DNA of 64,000 nucleotides from Mobula hypostoma. Taxonomy: Eukaryota. Numbering within the stretch: the first letter of the stretch is position 1; each line of letters opens with the position of its first letter. Below the pieces are notes generated by a model that ran no database searches, was not told where the DNA came from, and saw only the letters and a program-made list of their open reading frames with translations. Positions 24,801 to 37,837 of the stretch are shown here, one piece after another. The stretch is taken from assembly GCF_963921235.1 (NCBI RefSeq), contig NC_086108.1:40984001-41048000 (forward strand), read 5' to 3'. A program made the translations under genes and the position numbers.

Positions 24801-25528
24801 TTATCTATGCATCGTAAAATGATCAAGTGGTAGGTTGTTAAATTGAGCTATCCCACAGTCTGTGCCATGACCTTATGAAAAAAGGCTGGGCTATTGTGGA
24901 AACCCTGGGGGAGTCTGATCCACATATACTGCTGCCCACCCAGGGTGAAGGCAAATCAATCTTGGGACTTAGCTGCTAATGGGAGCCCCAAAATCAGATC
25001 CTCCTCTATTTTGACTGGGTTTATCTTCACCCAGATACAGGCTTACTTGTGTCTAGCCAACAACTCTGGCAACTGCTGACAAAGTAACCCATGGATACCA
25101 TCCTGGCACCAGTCCCTGATGACTGGAGCAGCTACAGCTATACTGGTTAGATTGTGTACTATATTGGTTGTACGTTTTCGCTGCCCCTGACGTGTCCATG
25201 TTATTTCTCCATTTCTAGAATCTATAACAGCCCCTGCCTCCCTCAGCATGTCTATTCTGAAGATAGTGTCCTCATTATTCGGACAGACCCAGAATCACGC
25301 TGGGAGCTACACTCCACTGTTTATGAGTACCTGTGACTCACTTCTTTCTAACTTCACTGTTCTTCTCCCTTTATCAGTAATATAAATAGCCTCTCTGGTC
25401 ACTGGCAAAGGAAGGTCAGTTATCGATACTGATGCCCCTGTCCACTCACAGATCGTATTGCTGGCCTCCAACAATGCTGTTATGTACATCTGTTTGTCAG
25501 CAGTGCTGACAATGGAGCCCGCCACCAG
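21880..25528 (-). pseudogene. pol: ERV pro-pol remnant
   Basis: PR 'WTGASVS'; RT 'QYMWIRLPQGFHNSPAFFH', decayed YxDD as 'CIDNLL'; tether 'GLPEVTHPFHIY..VAYY', 'NPA'; RNase H 'LFIDGS..EL.AL..NIYTNSRYA..VKAH..GN'; IN 'HLG..WPGM..CIIC', 'DHFSQWVE', 'SDQG..FTG', 'PQSSGMIERMN'. Confidence 0.9.
23761..24224 (-). mobile_element. PIF/Harbinger non-autonomous deletion derivative inserted in ERV pol
   Basis: TTAA on both sides (contains the TWA target); imperfect TIRs GCCCAATTTAACTTCTGC / GGCTGATTTATACATGTGC; transposase remnant '[29 protein letters not shown]'. Confidence 0.8.
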
Positions 25529-26420
25529 CTATTTGACAGACCTCAAGGCTATCTTTACTATTTCTATAATCTTGTCAGCAGTCAGACTGGACAGAAAGGG
25601 ACTTTGGTCCTGTTGTGGTCTCTGCCTGCCTTCATGTCTTCTTTCCCTGACAGGACATTGTCTCCAGCCATGGCCTGGGAGACTACAGCTGTCACATACC
25701 ATCTCTTCTGCTCTTCTATGTCTAGTGTGGCAGTTCCTCGCTTATTGCCCTGGTTGGTGGCAAACAAAGCAAGTTCTCTACACCTGCTATTGCCATCTTT
25801 CGACCTGTCTTCCATCTCTTTCAATGTACCTCCCCAGCCCGTGAAGCTATTGTGGAGCACATGGATCCCACTGTTATCCTCAAGTCTAAAACTTTGTGGT
25901 GGGCTGAGTTCATCCCTTCCTTGAGCATTTTCAGAAAGACTGGGTCATCCCTCCCTGAATTTTCCAGTCCTGAGTGTTCCTCATAGGCCCAGTATTTTCA
26001 CTCTTCATCGTCCAGGGCAAGTTCATCAGCCTTCCGAGCAACTGACATTATCGTTCCCCAGTTACTGTGTCTTCCTCAAAGCCGCTGTCTCACTTCTTCC
26101 TTGAAGTTCCGATTTCTTTCCTCATTGCTGGCATTCCTACTTGTTGCCCATGTTCCATCCTGCATCGCTGGATTCATCCTGTCCCACGTACTTCTCAGGT
26201 ATTTAGATTTAACCAAGATGTGTACAGCGGGTACATCCGGTGGGTTTCCATTACTTCTTCTCACTTAGGCCAAAATTATTCATTGCCTCACTCAACAGTT
26301 TGGCTGCAGTGTTCTGCTTTTCCTCTGGGGAGAAGGGCTTGTGGATGGTGGTGCTGAGTCTGAGTGGCTGGCTGGGATGATTGAGGTTCTGAGCCTGTTT
26401 CTATAGGTGCCATTCTGACA
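25529..26420 (-). pseudogene. gag: ERV gag remnant (capsid-like region + two zinc knuckles)
   Basis: 'HKPFSPEEK'; 25655-25771 reads CFVCHQPGQ*ARNC...CDSCSLPGHGWRQC; frame ends in TAG at 25529-25531. Confidence 0.75.
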
Positions 26421-26429
26421 GACAGTACT

Positions 26430-26880
26430 GGGTAAAACCACTCCTGTTTATGGGTCTCTAAGGAGCTGCACATTGTGCAGATTTAAATACTGGAGGCCTC
26501 CCAAATTTTCCACATCTCACACAAGGAGCACACCACTACGTTCAGATCCATTCTGAACACAGCAGCCATGTACTAACAGAGAGAAAAGAAAAGAAACTGT
26601 CCTAAACAAGAGAAAGTCTGCAGATGCTGGAAATCCAAGCAACACACACAAAATGCTGGAGGAATTCAGCAGGTCAGACAGCATCTATGGGAAAAAGTAC
26701 GGTCAATATTTCGGGCCAAGACCCTTTGGCAGGATGTTTTACTTACTTACTTAGAACCTCTTCATGTACTTGTCCAAGCCTGTTCTCACTCTAGCCTATT
26801 GAACCAAAGCCAGACCCACTCTAAAATGGCCACTCAGCTAACAGCTTCTGTTTATTTATTGGCCCCACGTTGACTGCTAC
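26430..26880 (-). mobile_element. CR1 5' UTR/ORF1-start fragment in the ERV leader, itself containing a Penelope pLTR repeat (26604-26735)
   Basis: 'VVCSLCEMW...IC...QLLRD' matches the CR1 ORF1 zinc finger at ~47925-48050. Confidence 0.6.
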
Positions 26881-26922
26881 CCGCTGGGAAAAAAAGCCAA
26901 AAAGTATCCAAGCTCTTTTTAA

Positions 26923-26940
26923 CCTCATGCTGCATCACCA
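26923..26940 (-). promoter_or_regulatory. Putative primer-binding site
   Basis: TGGTGATGCAGCATGAGG directly after the putative 5' LTR; tRNA not confidently assignable (Ser-GCT or Arg-ACG nearest from memory, assuming CpG decay). Confidence 0.45.
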
Positions 26941-26943
26941 ACA

Positions 26944-27735
26944 TATGGCCTCTTACACTGATTGACACCCACTAGTATATAGATATGATAAGTACACAAA
27001 AATTATTGAGTGCCTATATCTGTGACCATGTTTGATATGGTAAGTGACAACATCCGTCTGGTCTGTCAGTTGAACTCAAGTCATAATGATGCAAATAATT
27101 TAGCCATGTTGTCAGGTTTGATGCAAGCTAATTAACACAAATCTATTTTCTTAATGTTTGGCTCTTGCATATGCAATTCCTTTGTCTGCGCAGCAGAATG
27201 TGCTTTTCACTTCAATTTATTGCTTGCAATTTACAGGGAAAAAAAACTGAAGGCTAAAAGCAAGCTTCCTGAACTTACTTACATTTACAGTAAGAACGAG
27301 AGCTTGGTTCGTGTTTGAATTAATATGTGCTACAAGCATGTAACTCCAGAATACTCCCTAACATGCCCTCTTCTTGGCCCCTGGACAGAAATCTGTACCA
27401 GGAAGGCCAAACTTAAAGGAGGATCTAATTAAACATGATAGCAAATAATGCCCCTCACATCCAATCCCTTCCCCAACCTCTGTGTACCTACATCTACGCT
27501 ATGTAACATCCCTAACTGGCTATCTACAAGTCTGTGCAGAGATGGCAATCAAACATTCCAGAAATTTGATCACATCCACTACTCCCCTTTAATCTCTGAT
27601 AGTTTAAAACTATCAGTAGTGGCTGTCAGGCATTACTCTGTGGACAGGGTCACAGCAAGTTCCCTCTGTTTCAGGTTCACAGACAACAGTTCGCATTCCA
27701 TGCCATGACAGAAGATTGATAGGAATTATAATACA
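26944..27735 (-). repeat. Direct repeat B (putative 5' LTR of the ERV)
   Basis: 27150-27735 homologous to 16043-16613; begins TG on the minus strand; abuts the PBS-like site. Confidence 0.55.
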
Positions 27736-27789
27736 GAAGGTGGATCTAAAATCAATAATTATAGTCTAATATAGGTGTCTTCAGTGTCT

Positions 27790-29213
27790 AGATGCTGCAG
27801 AGATGAATGTAGGGCCAGGGAGGTGGCACTTGTTTTAATAGTAGGTGAAGTGTACTGACTTGAGGTTTTCTGGGAGGCTGGAGTAAATGTGCGCCAAGAC
27901 CAGCTTCCTGAAACACCTTATGATAGTGGGCATCAGAGTCACTGAGGCACATTACCTTGTTCTCCTTAGGTACTGGAACGATAGTGGTCTTCTTAAAGCA
28001 GTCAATAACCTCGGATTGAAGTGGTTCCGATTCATTCACTTGTCACATGTATGTCAAAACTTACAGTGAAATGTGTTGTTTGCGTTAACAACCAGTACAC
28101 CCTAAGGCTGAGCTGAAGGCAGCCCGTTAGTGTTCCAACACATTCTGCATCAACATAGCATGCCCATGATGTTCCACAAAGCAACACAAGTGACAACAAC
28201 AGCAGAACACCAGTAAAATATTTTACTTGTAAAAATGTATGCAAATACCCCCACCAGCTGACTTGCATAGGATCTAAGGACGCAGCCAGGGACACCATCC
28301 TGACCAGTTGCTTTCCATAGGTTTACTCTCTGGATGACTGATTTTATGGCTGCAATGGTGACTGTGGCTACACACCGGAAGCTTTTGGGGTGAGTGGTGG
28401 CATTCCATTCCCCTTCTGCTCAAAACGAGCATAGAATGTATTAAGCTTATCAGAAAGGGATGAGCTATTGTTATTGATGCTGTCTGACTTCATTTTCTTT
28501 CCCATAATTGCATGTAAGTTCTGCCACAACTGAGAGCTGTGTTGGGACTTTATTTTGGACTAGTATCATCTCTTGGCATCCCTGAAAGCTTCCTGGAGAT
28601 TGTACCTTGATTTCTTGTAAAGGTCAGAGTCAGCTGATTTGAATACCCCAACCCTGGACTTCAGTAGGAAGTGTATCTCCCAGTTTGTCCATGATTTGTA
28701 ATTTGGGAACATACAGATTATCCTCTTTGGTGCACAGTCCTCATCACAATTGCTGATAAAGTGGAGGCATACTCATCTAGGCTGACTGCTGTTCAAACAT
28801 GGACCATTTTACCGACTCAAAACATTTCCATAGAAGCACATCTGTTTTGTCAGACCAGCTCAGTATGACTTTCTACACTGGATCTTTACATTTCAGATTC
28901 TGTTTGCACGCAGGAAGAACGTGGTCTGATTTACCAAAATGTGGGCAGGGCTGGATCGGTAAGGATCCTTGATTGTTGTGGTCAAGAGTGTTTGGTCACC
29001 TGGTGGGACAAGAGACATGCTGGTTATATTTTGGTAACATGCTCTTGAAGTTGGCCTGGATTAAGTCACTGACAATGATCAAAAGGGCCTTGGGGCGTCC
29101 TGTTCAAGGCTGTTGACCAAAGAGTATAGTTTATTGTGTGCAGACTTTGAATCTGCCTGAGGTAAAATGTGGACTGCTGTCAAGATAGCAGAACTAAACT
29201 CCTGTGCTAGGTG
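27790..29213 (-). mobile_element. Decayed Rex1/Babar LINE (APE/RT-N), continuing ~30340-30600 beyond the L2; short SINE-like insert ~28030-28210
   Basis: 'CFKKTTIVPVPKENKVMCL', 'PHFGKSDH', 'QEFSSAILTAVHILPQA'. Confidence 0.75.
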
Positions 29214-30335
29214 TAATAATAATAGTAATAATAGTAATTTATTTATAGAGCACTTCTCATACAAATAATGAAGCTCAAAGTGTTTTACAATGGGGTAAAG
29301 GCAAATATAAAAATAAAAGACAAAATTAATTTAATTAAAAACAAGTTTAAATAAGTTTTGAGCTGGTTTTTAAGAGTGTCAACTGAGTCTGCATCCTTTA
29401 TAGTTTTAAATATTGAGTTCCAGATTAGGAGCAGGGGTTCAAAAATGCTGACCTGTCAATTTTCTTTTGAGGGAGATTGTTTAAATTTAATAGGCTGTCG
29501 GAAGAAGACCTGAGAGCTCCAGCAGGATTTATAAAACTCAAGTGATTCTGTAATTTAGTCCTGTCCCAGACCATTGAGAGCTTTAAAAAGAGTAAGAGAA
29601 CTTTAAAATCAATTCTAAATGATACAGGAAGCCAATGCAGAGTAGCTAGGATGGGTGTGATATGTTTTTTCAACCTGATTTTAGTTAAAAGTCTAGCAGT
29701 GACATTCCGAATGAATTGAAGTTTGTCAATAGATTGCTTTGGAAGGCTAGTAAAAAGTGCATTGCAGTAATCTAGTGTATTCGATAAAAAGGCAGGAATT
29801 AGTTTTTCAGCATTATTACATGATAGAAATGGACGTACCTTTGCAGAATTTCTGAAGTGTGGAAATACTGCTCTGGTCACTTGTTTTATGTGGAATTTAA
29901 AGTACAAATCTGAATCCGGGAGACACCCAGGCTTATTACTTTTGATTTTACGAGGGGAGCCAAGCTCCCAAGCGTATCTCTTTTGGTTTTGGGACCCACA
30001 AGTATTTCAGTTTTATCTCCACTTAGTTTTAGGAAATTATTGCTCATCCATCTTTTTTTTTGCAGCCATATCAGGAGTTGGAGAAGACAGGATGTTATCA
30101 TCATCAGGCTCAACCGAGATGGACAGTTGTATGTCATCTGCATAATTGTGGAGATCAAGTTCATGCTCTCTAATGATGTCTCTGAAGGGAAACATGTATA
30201 AGGAGAAGAGTAGGTGGACCAAGGTAGCTTCCCTGAGCAACAGCAGAAGATATATCTTATCTCTTAGAAAAATGGGCTTGAAGACAGACAAAAGTTTTCC
30301 CTCTAAGATATATGAGTGGATCCAATTAAAGGTGC
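29214..30335 (-). mobile_element. L2 LINE 3' part
   Basis: 'HNYADDIQL', 'LDYCNAL', 'HITPILATLHWLPVSFRIDFKVLLL'; (TTA)n tail. Confidence 0.9.
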
Positions 30336-30599
30336 TATGATGTGTGAAACTTTACTGTTAGATATTTCAGGTTGGGAGAGCAGAAGATCTGAACACAGTG
30401 AGGTGTTGATTAGTAAGCAGACCCCTCTGCCTTTAACTTTGCCTGACAACATCATATGCTCCCTCTTGTGAATTGAGCGTCCTCAGGCTGTCTGGCACAG
30501 GCAGGTGAAGAAGCAGTAAGATCGTTTCAGAGAGACAGAACACACAGCAATCCTTCAGTTCTCTTTGGTTAGTCAATCTTGCTCTTAGTTCATCAAATT

Positions 30600-31697
30600 T
30601 GCTGTTATTCATTGATTACAGCTCAGCATTCAATGCAGCCATACCCTCAAATCTAATCATCAAGCTCCAAAACCTCTATACCTCCCTCTGCAACAGAATT
30701 CCTAGACTTCCTCCCTGGGAGACCACAGCCAGGGAGGAAATAACATCTCCTTATCACTGACAATTAACACTGGTGCACCTCAACGACGCATGCTTAGCCC
30801 ACTGCTCTACTCCCTCTACACCCACCGATTAGGTACAGCTCAAACGCCATCTATAAACCTACTGATGACACAACTGTTGACAGAATTTCAGATGGCGTTG
30901 AGGTGGTCTACGGGAGCGAGATAGATCAGCTGATTGAATGATGTTGCAACCACAACCTTGCACTCAACATCAGTAAGTCCAAGGATTTGATTGTGGACTT
31001 CAGGAAGGCAAATTCAAAGGAACACATACCGATTCCCGTTGAGAGATCAGCAGTGGAAAGAGTAAGCAGTTTCAAATTCCTGGGTGTCAACATCTCAGAA
31101 GATTTATCCTGGGCTCAACATATTGATGCAATTACAAAGAAGGCACGACAGCATCTGTATTTCATTAAGAGTTTAAGAAGACTTGATATGTCACAAAACC
31201 ACTTGCAAATTCCTACAGATGTATTGTGGAGAGCATGCTAACTGGTTGCATCACCATCTGGTATAGGGGGTCCACTGCACAGGACTAGAAAAGGCTGCAG
31301 AAATCTGTAAACACAGCCAGCTCCATCAAAGGCACCATCTTCCACAGCTTCTGAAAGGCGGCATCTGTCATTAAGGACCCCCATCACCCAGGATATGCCT
31401 TGTTCTCATTGCTACCATCAAGGAGGAGGCACAGGAGCCTGAAGATACACACTCAATGTTTCAGGAGCAGCTTCTTCCCCTCCACCATCAGAACTCCAAA
31501 TGGACGATGAATCCATGAACACTACCTCACTATTTTCCCTCTCTTTTTGCACTACGTATTTAACTTAACTTTTTATTTATACTTCTTATTGTAATTTATA
31601 GTTTTTTTATTAGGTATTGCAACGTACTGCTGCTGCAAAACAACAAATTTCACAACGTATGTCAGTGATATTAAACCTGCTTCTGATTCTGATTCTC
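30600..31697 (+). mobile_element. Rex1/Babar LINE RT and 3' UTR, decayed
   Basis: 'IVDFRK..VERVSSFKFLGVNISEDLSW'; (GATTCT)n tail. Confidence 0.85.
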
Positions 31698-31932
31698 AGT
31701 GACCTGGATGTTAGCTGGGGAGGGCGGGACTTAAAACCACGCTATTTCAGCCTTACCCACAGCCCAGCCCTCTCACTACACTTCCAAGGTAAGTGGCGGC
31801 ATCTGGTCTGTTCCGGAATGGGACCATCTGGACAGCAACTTAAATGATGGGTCAAGGATAGACTTGGAAATCCTGCCCCCCCCCCACTCCATTGTTCCCC
31901 CCTGCTAAACTAAAACCATTGTCTATCCATAA

Positions 31933-32270
31933 AATTGATGTGGAGAGGATGATTCCTATGGTGGGAGAGTCTAAGACTAGAGGACACAGCCTCAGAACAG
32001 AAGGTTGTCTTTTTAGAATGGATATAAGGAAGAATTTCTTTAGCCAGAGAGTGGTGAATTTGTGGAATTCTTTGCCGCACTCAGCTATGGAGTCCAAGTC
32101 TGTATGTATACTTAAGGCAGAGGTTGATAGATTCTTGATTGGTCAGGGCATGAGGGGACATGGGGAGAAGGAAGGAGACTGGGGTTGAGCAGAAAAATGG
32201 ACCAGCCATGATGAAATGGCGAAGCAGCTTCGATGGGCCAAATGGCCTAATACTGCTCCTATGCCTTATG
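31933..32270 (+). mobile_element. CR1 3' end
   Basis: 'TRGHSLR..NFFSQRVVNLWNSLP'. Confidence 0.85.
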
Positions 32271-33171
32271 TTTGAAGAATCTGAAAATAGCAACAAAACC
32301 AGTGATCTTTCCAGTGTTACTTGTGGACCAGCTGGAGAGTCCAGACAAACCTGCAGGAGCATGACCCAAATCTTCGCTTTTCCTACTTCCTGTTTGATGA
32401 ATGAAAGTGATTTAGAGGCAGAGTGATTGATAGCCAGTACTGGCAGATGTTACAGAAGCTTTTTCACTCAGAAGTACTTCTTGAATTCTTTAAACTCCTC
32501 TATCCCTGCACATCCAATACATTTAGAATACTCTTCCAAAACTACCAATTTGAGTCTTTAAAAATCAATTCTAAAATCTCTTTATGCAATCTAATATCAC
32601 ACTTTTACTTTGATCGTGTTCCTATGAAATGCTTGGACAAACATTATTGTTAAACGCACAATTTTAATGCAAGTTTGTGTTACTGTAACAATTCTGAGTG
32701 TGGAATATTCTGAAATTTTTAACAATCACATTAACTCTAAAACCATGGTTTACTAAACCTCAGTTACCTGATTTTTTGTTCAGTTCTGTGATTAAATTTA
32801 ATCATTTCCTTTTTCCAATTGACTTTAAATTATTAAACAGCTTAGGGAGATAAGTTGCACAAGAGTTGATTGTCCTTTGAGTGTATAAGAGGAAAAGTTT
32901 ATCTTTGCCTTGTTAACTGCAGGACAGGGTTTTCTCTAGTCACATCACTTAGCAGAGGAAGCCTAAGGCAGAATCAATGGGAACAAGATTCAGCTCTCAT
33001 GGAGTGGTTGTAGGGACTTGCTAAGACAAACCAATTGCCAAAGGTGACCTGGGACTCAGGATGACTGGCATTTACAAGATTCCCTTTGAACGCAGAGCAG
33101 TGTATATTGGCCAGATGGGACACATGGTGGAAATCCGCATCATGGAGCACAGGAGATGTGTTCATTTGGAT

Positions 33172-35489
33172 CACAAGGGGTTTAGTTGGGGTGGAGTTTG
33201 TTAGGTGTGTTCAGGAAGGATTCCTGACGCAATATGTAGATAAGCCAACAAGAGGAGAGGCTGTACTTGATCTGGTATTGGGAAGTGAACCTGGTCAGGT
33301 GTCAAATCTCTCGATGGGAGAGCATTTTGAAGGTAATGATCACGACTGTACCTCATTTACTATAGCACTGGAGAGGGATAGGAACAGACAATTTGGGACA
33401 ACATTTAATTGAGGTAGGGGAAAATACAAACGGTACAATGCTATTAGGCAGAAACTTGGGAACATAAATTGGGAGCAGATGTTCTCAGGAAAATGCACGA
33501 CAGAAATATGGCAAATATTCAGGAGACATTTGCATGGCATTCTGCATAGGTATGTTCCATTGACGCAGGGAAAGGGTGGTAGAGTAAAAGAATCATGGTG
33601 TACAAAGGATGTAGAAAATCTAGTTAAGAAGAGGAGAAAAGCTTATGAAAGGTTCAAGAAACTAGGAGCTCTAGAAAATTACAAAGGTGTCAGGAAGGAG
33701 CTCAAGAAAGAAATTAGAAGAGCTAGAAGGGGGCAAGAAAAGGCCTTGGTGAGCAGGATTAAGAAAAACCTCAAGGATTTCTACAAGTATGTGAAGAGCA
33801 AGAGGATGAGCCGTGTGAGAATAAACCAATCAGGAGTGAGAATGGAAATGTGTGTGGAGCCGGAGGAGGTTGTGGAGGTACTGAATGAGTACTTTGCTTC
33901 AGTATACACCAGTGAAAAGGACCTTGGCAATTGTGGGGATGACTTAAAGTGGACTGAAATGCTTGAGTGTATAAACATTATGAAAGAGCATGTGCTGGAG
34001 CTTTTGAAAGATACTAAGTTAGATAAGTAGACGGGACCAGATGAGATATACCCCAGGCTACTGTGGGAAGCGAGGGAGGAGATTGCTGATTCTCTAGCTA
34101 TGATCTTTACATCATCAATAGGGACAGGATAAGTACCAGAGGATTAGAAGGTTGCAAATTTTGTTCCCCTGTTCAAGAAAGGGAGTAGAAATAATCCATG
34201 AAATTATAGATGAGTGAGTCTTACTTCAGTGGTGGGCAAGTTGTTGGAGAAGATCCTGAGAGCAGGATTTATGAACATTTGGAGAGACATAATTTGATTA
34301 GAGATAGTCAGCGTGGCTTTGTCAAGGGGAGGTCATGCCTTATGAACCTGATAGAATTCTTTGAGTATGTAACAAAACACATTGATGAAGGTAGAGCAGT
34401 GGATGTAGTGTATATGGATTTCAATAAGGCATTTGATAAGGTTTCCCATGCGTGGCTCATTCAGAAAGTAATGAGACATGGGATCCAACGAGACTTTGCT
34501 TTGTGGATCCAGAATTGGCTTGCCCACAGAAGGCAAAGAGTGGTTGTGGATAGTTCTGTTTGGAGGTTGGTGACCAGTGGTGTTCCACAGGGATCTGTTC
34601 TGGGACCCTTCCTCTTCGTGATTATTATAAATGACCGGGGTGAGGATGTAGAAGGATAGTTTAGTAAGATTACTGGTAACACAAAAGTTGGGGGTGTTGT
34701 GAATAGTCTGGAGGGTTGCAAGAGTCTACAGTCGGACATCGATAGGATGCAGAACTGGGCTGAGAAGTGGCAGATGGAGTTCAACCCAGATAAGTGTGAA
34801 GTGGTTCATTTTGGTAGGTCAAATTTGAAGGCAGAATATAATATTAAAGGTAAGAATCTTGGCAGTGTGGAGGATCAGCAAGATCTTGGAGTCCATGTCC
34901 ATAGGACACTACAAGCTGCTGTGCAGGTTGACAGCGTTGTTAAGAAGATGTATGGTGTGTTGACCATCATCAACCGTGGGATTGAGTTCAAGAGCTGTGT
35001 GGTAATGTTACAGCTATATAAGACCTTAGTTAGACCCCACTTTCAGTACTGTGTTCAGTTCTGGTCACCTCATTACAGGAAGGATGTGGGTGCTATAGAG
35101 AGAGTGCGGAGGAGATTGACCTGATAGAGATTAAGATGATGAGAGGCACTGATCGTGTTGATAGCCAGAGGCTTTTTCCCAGGACTGAAATAACTAACAC
35201 AAGAGGGCAAGTTTTAAGGTGCTTGGAAGTAGGTACAAGGGGGATATCAGGTGGAAGTTTTTCACACAGAGTGGTGGGTACGTGGAATGCACTGCCAGCA
35301 AAGATGGTACAGGCAGATACAATGGGGTCTTTTAAGAGAATTTTAGATAGGTACATGGAGCTTAGGAAAATAGAGAGCTATGCAGTAGGGAAATTCTAGG
35401 CAGTCTCTAGAGCAGGTTACATGGTCGACACAACATTGTGGGCCGGAGGGCCTATAATGTGCTGTAGCTTTTCTATGTTCTATGTTCTA
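33172..35489 (+). mobile_element. CR1 LINE ORF2, decayed, inserted in a Penelope GIY-YIG fragment (33060-33171 + 35490-35680)
   Basis: CR1 RT motifs and (TTCTATG)n tail; flanks join as 'AVYIGQMG..RIMEHRRCVHLD|YLEKPVVAEHC..KEAIEI'. Confidence 0.9.
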
Positions 35490-37054
35490 TTACCTGGAGA
35501 AACCGGTGGTAGCAGAACATTGCATTCTGAATGGCTACAGAATTGACTTTGAAGGCACAAAACTGTGCTGCACCATTGGCTTTTGGGACCATCTGGTGAA
35601 GGAAGCCATTGAAATAAAATTAGAGGAAAAGAGTTTTAGCAAAGGTGAAGGTCTCACTCTAAGTAAGAACTGGAACTGTTAATAATGAGAATTACATCCT
35701 GGACAATGAGTGCCCTAATGATGGATGTTACCCTCTTGAGTTACCACCTCTTGAAGATGTCCTCAACGGTGGGGATGTTTGTGCCCATTATGGAGTTGGC
35801 TGAGTCCACAACACTGCAACCACTTCAATCCTGTGCATTTGGAGCCTTCATACCCAGCTGTGATACATCCAATCAGAATGCTTATCACGGTACATCATCA
35901 TCATTATAATATGCTGTGTTGTATGACGTAGACGACCATGATCTCATCACCGTGATTTTTCATGGCAAATTTTGCTTTTCAAAGGTTCAAGGATCCAATT
36001 TAATGTCAGAGAAATGTATGCAATATCCATTCTGAAATGCTTTTTCTTCGCAAACATCCAAGAAAACAGAGAACTGCCCCAACGAATGAACAACAGATAA
36101 ACATAAGACCCCAAAGTCCCCCCAGCTCCTCTCCCTCCCATGCGTAAGCGACAGTGAGCAACAATCCCCCCTCCCTCCACCAGCAAAAAAAAAACAAGCA
36201 TTAGCACCACCACGAGCAATCAAGCGTGAGCAAAGCAATAGCAAAGACACATACTTGCAGTTACCCCAAAGACTTTGCATTTCACCCAGCATTCGACATA
36301 CCACGGGTTCTCTCTCTCCCTAATAAGGGAGGTGTCTCCATTTTCCCCAGCGAGCGGGGAGACATAACAAACAACTCGTTGGTTTACGATGTTAAAAGTC
36401 TGTTATGTCGATTTTTTTCGAGCTCTGTGCCTGAAGATCTTAAAGATCCCAGGTCTCCAGGCACACAGCAGATATCCCAGCTCCCCCGACGACACACGGT
36501 TCTCCTGTCGTGACACCGACTATCAATACACCTATCTCCAGAGCCCCGAAATCTTAGGCTTCTGAATTTGAACTGGACTCTCAGACTGACCTGAAACCCC
36601 GAGAACAGGTCCCATTCTCACAAAGAACCGAAGTCAGCATGTAACTCCAGGTCAGGGTCTTCAAAAGAACCCTGAAAGGGAAAAATAAAGATATTAAAGA
36701 TGGAAATAGAGCTGTTTCCAAATATGCAAGTAAAGGAGTCACTGTATAGTGCCATCTTAACTTCACTCCACCTCCTAAAGTTTCTTCTGTGCAGTGCCCT
36801 TACAAGTTTGCTGATCCCAGCCATCATCTATACTCTTCAGAATTTTTCTGCTTGGCGTCAGTGGTCGGATAGCCAGGACTTGTGATATGCACTAGCTGCT
36901 CATATGACCACCCACTATCTGCTCTCATGGCTTCATGTGACCTTGATCAGGGGGCTAAGCAGGTGCTACACATTGCCCAAGAGTGATCTTCAGGTTAGCC
37001 AAGGGAAAAAGCACCTTATACCTCCTTAGGGAGAAACTTATTTCCACCCTATTG

Positions 37055-37745
37055 TCTGTGATCCATCAGTAGAAATTTGCTAGAGTCTTTGGTGACATAC
37101 CAAATTATCTTAAACTCCTGACAATGTAGAGCTGCTGATGTGCTTTCTTCCTCTGAGATATTGACACCCAGGAATTAAAGCTGCTCACCCTTTCCACTGC
37201 TGACCCCTCAATACGTCTTCTCCCATCTTTCTCTTGCTGAAACCCACAAGCAGTCCTTTTTAGTCTTGCTGACACTGACAGTGTGGTTGTTGTGGCACCA
37301 CTTAACCATCTGAAGTATCTCACTCCTGTACGCCTCCTCGTCAGCATCTGAGGTTCTGTCAACAGTGGTGTCATTGGCCAATTTATAGATGGTATTTGAG
37401 TTGTGCCTAGCCACACAGTCATGAGTATAGAGAGAGTAGAACAGTGGGCTAAGCATCCTGTTTAGTGACAAGGGTGCATCAGTGTTGGCTGACAGCAAGC
37501 AGGACGTATTATCTCCCATCAGCACTGAGTCTCCCAACAAAGAAGCTGAGGATTCAGTTGCAGGGGGAGGTACAGAAGCCCAGGATTTGGAGGTTGTCGA
37601 TTAATACTGAAGGAGCAATGGTATTGAATACCAAGCTGTAATCAATAAATAGCATCCTGGTATATGTTTTGCTAGTGCGTAGATGCTCTAATGTAGAGTA
37701 GAGAGTTCATGAGATTGTGTCTGCTGTTGACCTGTTGTGGTGGAA
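37055..37745 (-). mobile_element. Rex1/Babar RT fragment
   Basis: 'LSPLFYSLYTHDCVA..IYKLANDTT'. Confidence 0.8.
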
Positions 37746-37837
37746 TGGATTATTGAGATCAATCGACAAGAGCCAGTTGGCATTATCCATAAAATGGACC
37801 AAGTAAAATGAAGAGGAACAATATATTAATGGCACAG

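Larger units (their letters stand above)
21760..26430 (-). mobile_element. Endogenous retrovirus internal region (gag-pro-pol), heavily decayed, no env recognised
   Basis: Ordered capsid-like, 2x CCHC, protease, RT, tether, RNase H and integrase motifs on the minus strand. Confidence 0.9.

Noticed and set aside
26440..26570. ATG-initiated Cys-rich peptide as the gag N-terminus
   Set aside because: Matches the CR1 ORF1 zinc finger, not a retroviral matrix protein.
26862..26879. tRNA-Lys1,2-like PBS (TAGCAGTCAACGTGGGGC, 14/18 match to TGGCGCCCAACGTGGGGC), which would suggest a foamy-like virus or tandem PBS
   Set aside because: Lacks the 5' TGG, is not adjacent to an LTR end, and lies in what looks like a CR1 5' UTR; probably coincidental.
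35895..37050. Composite short retroelements (RTE-like SINE with an ~800-bp Rex-tailed insert)
   Set aside because: Looks repetitive, but family and boundaries could not be supported by TSDs or coding motifs.
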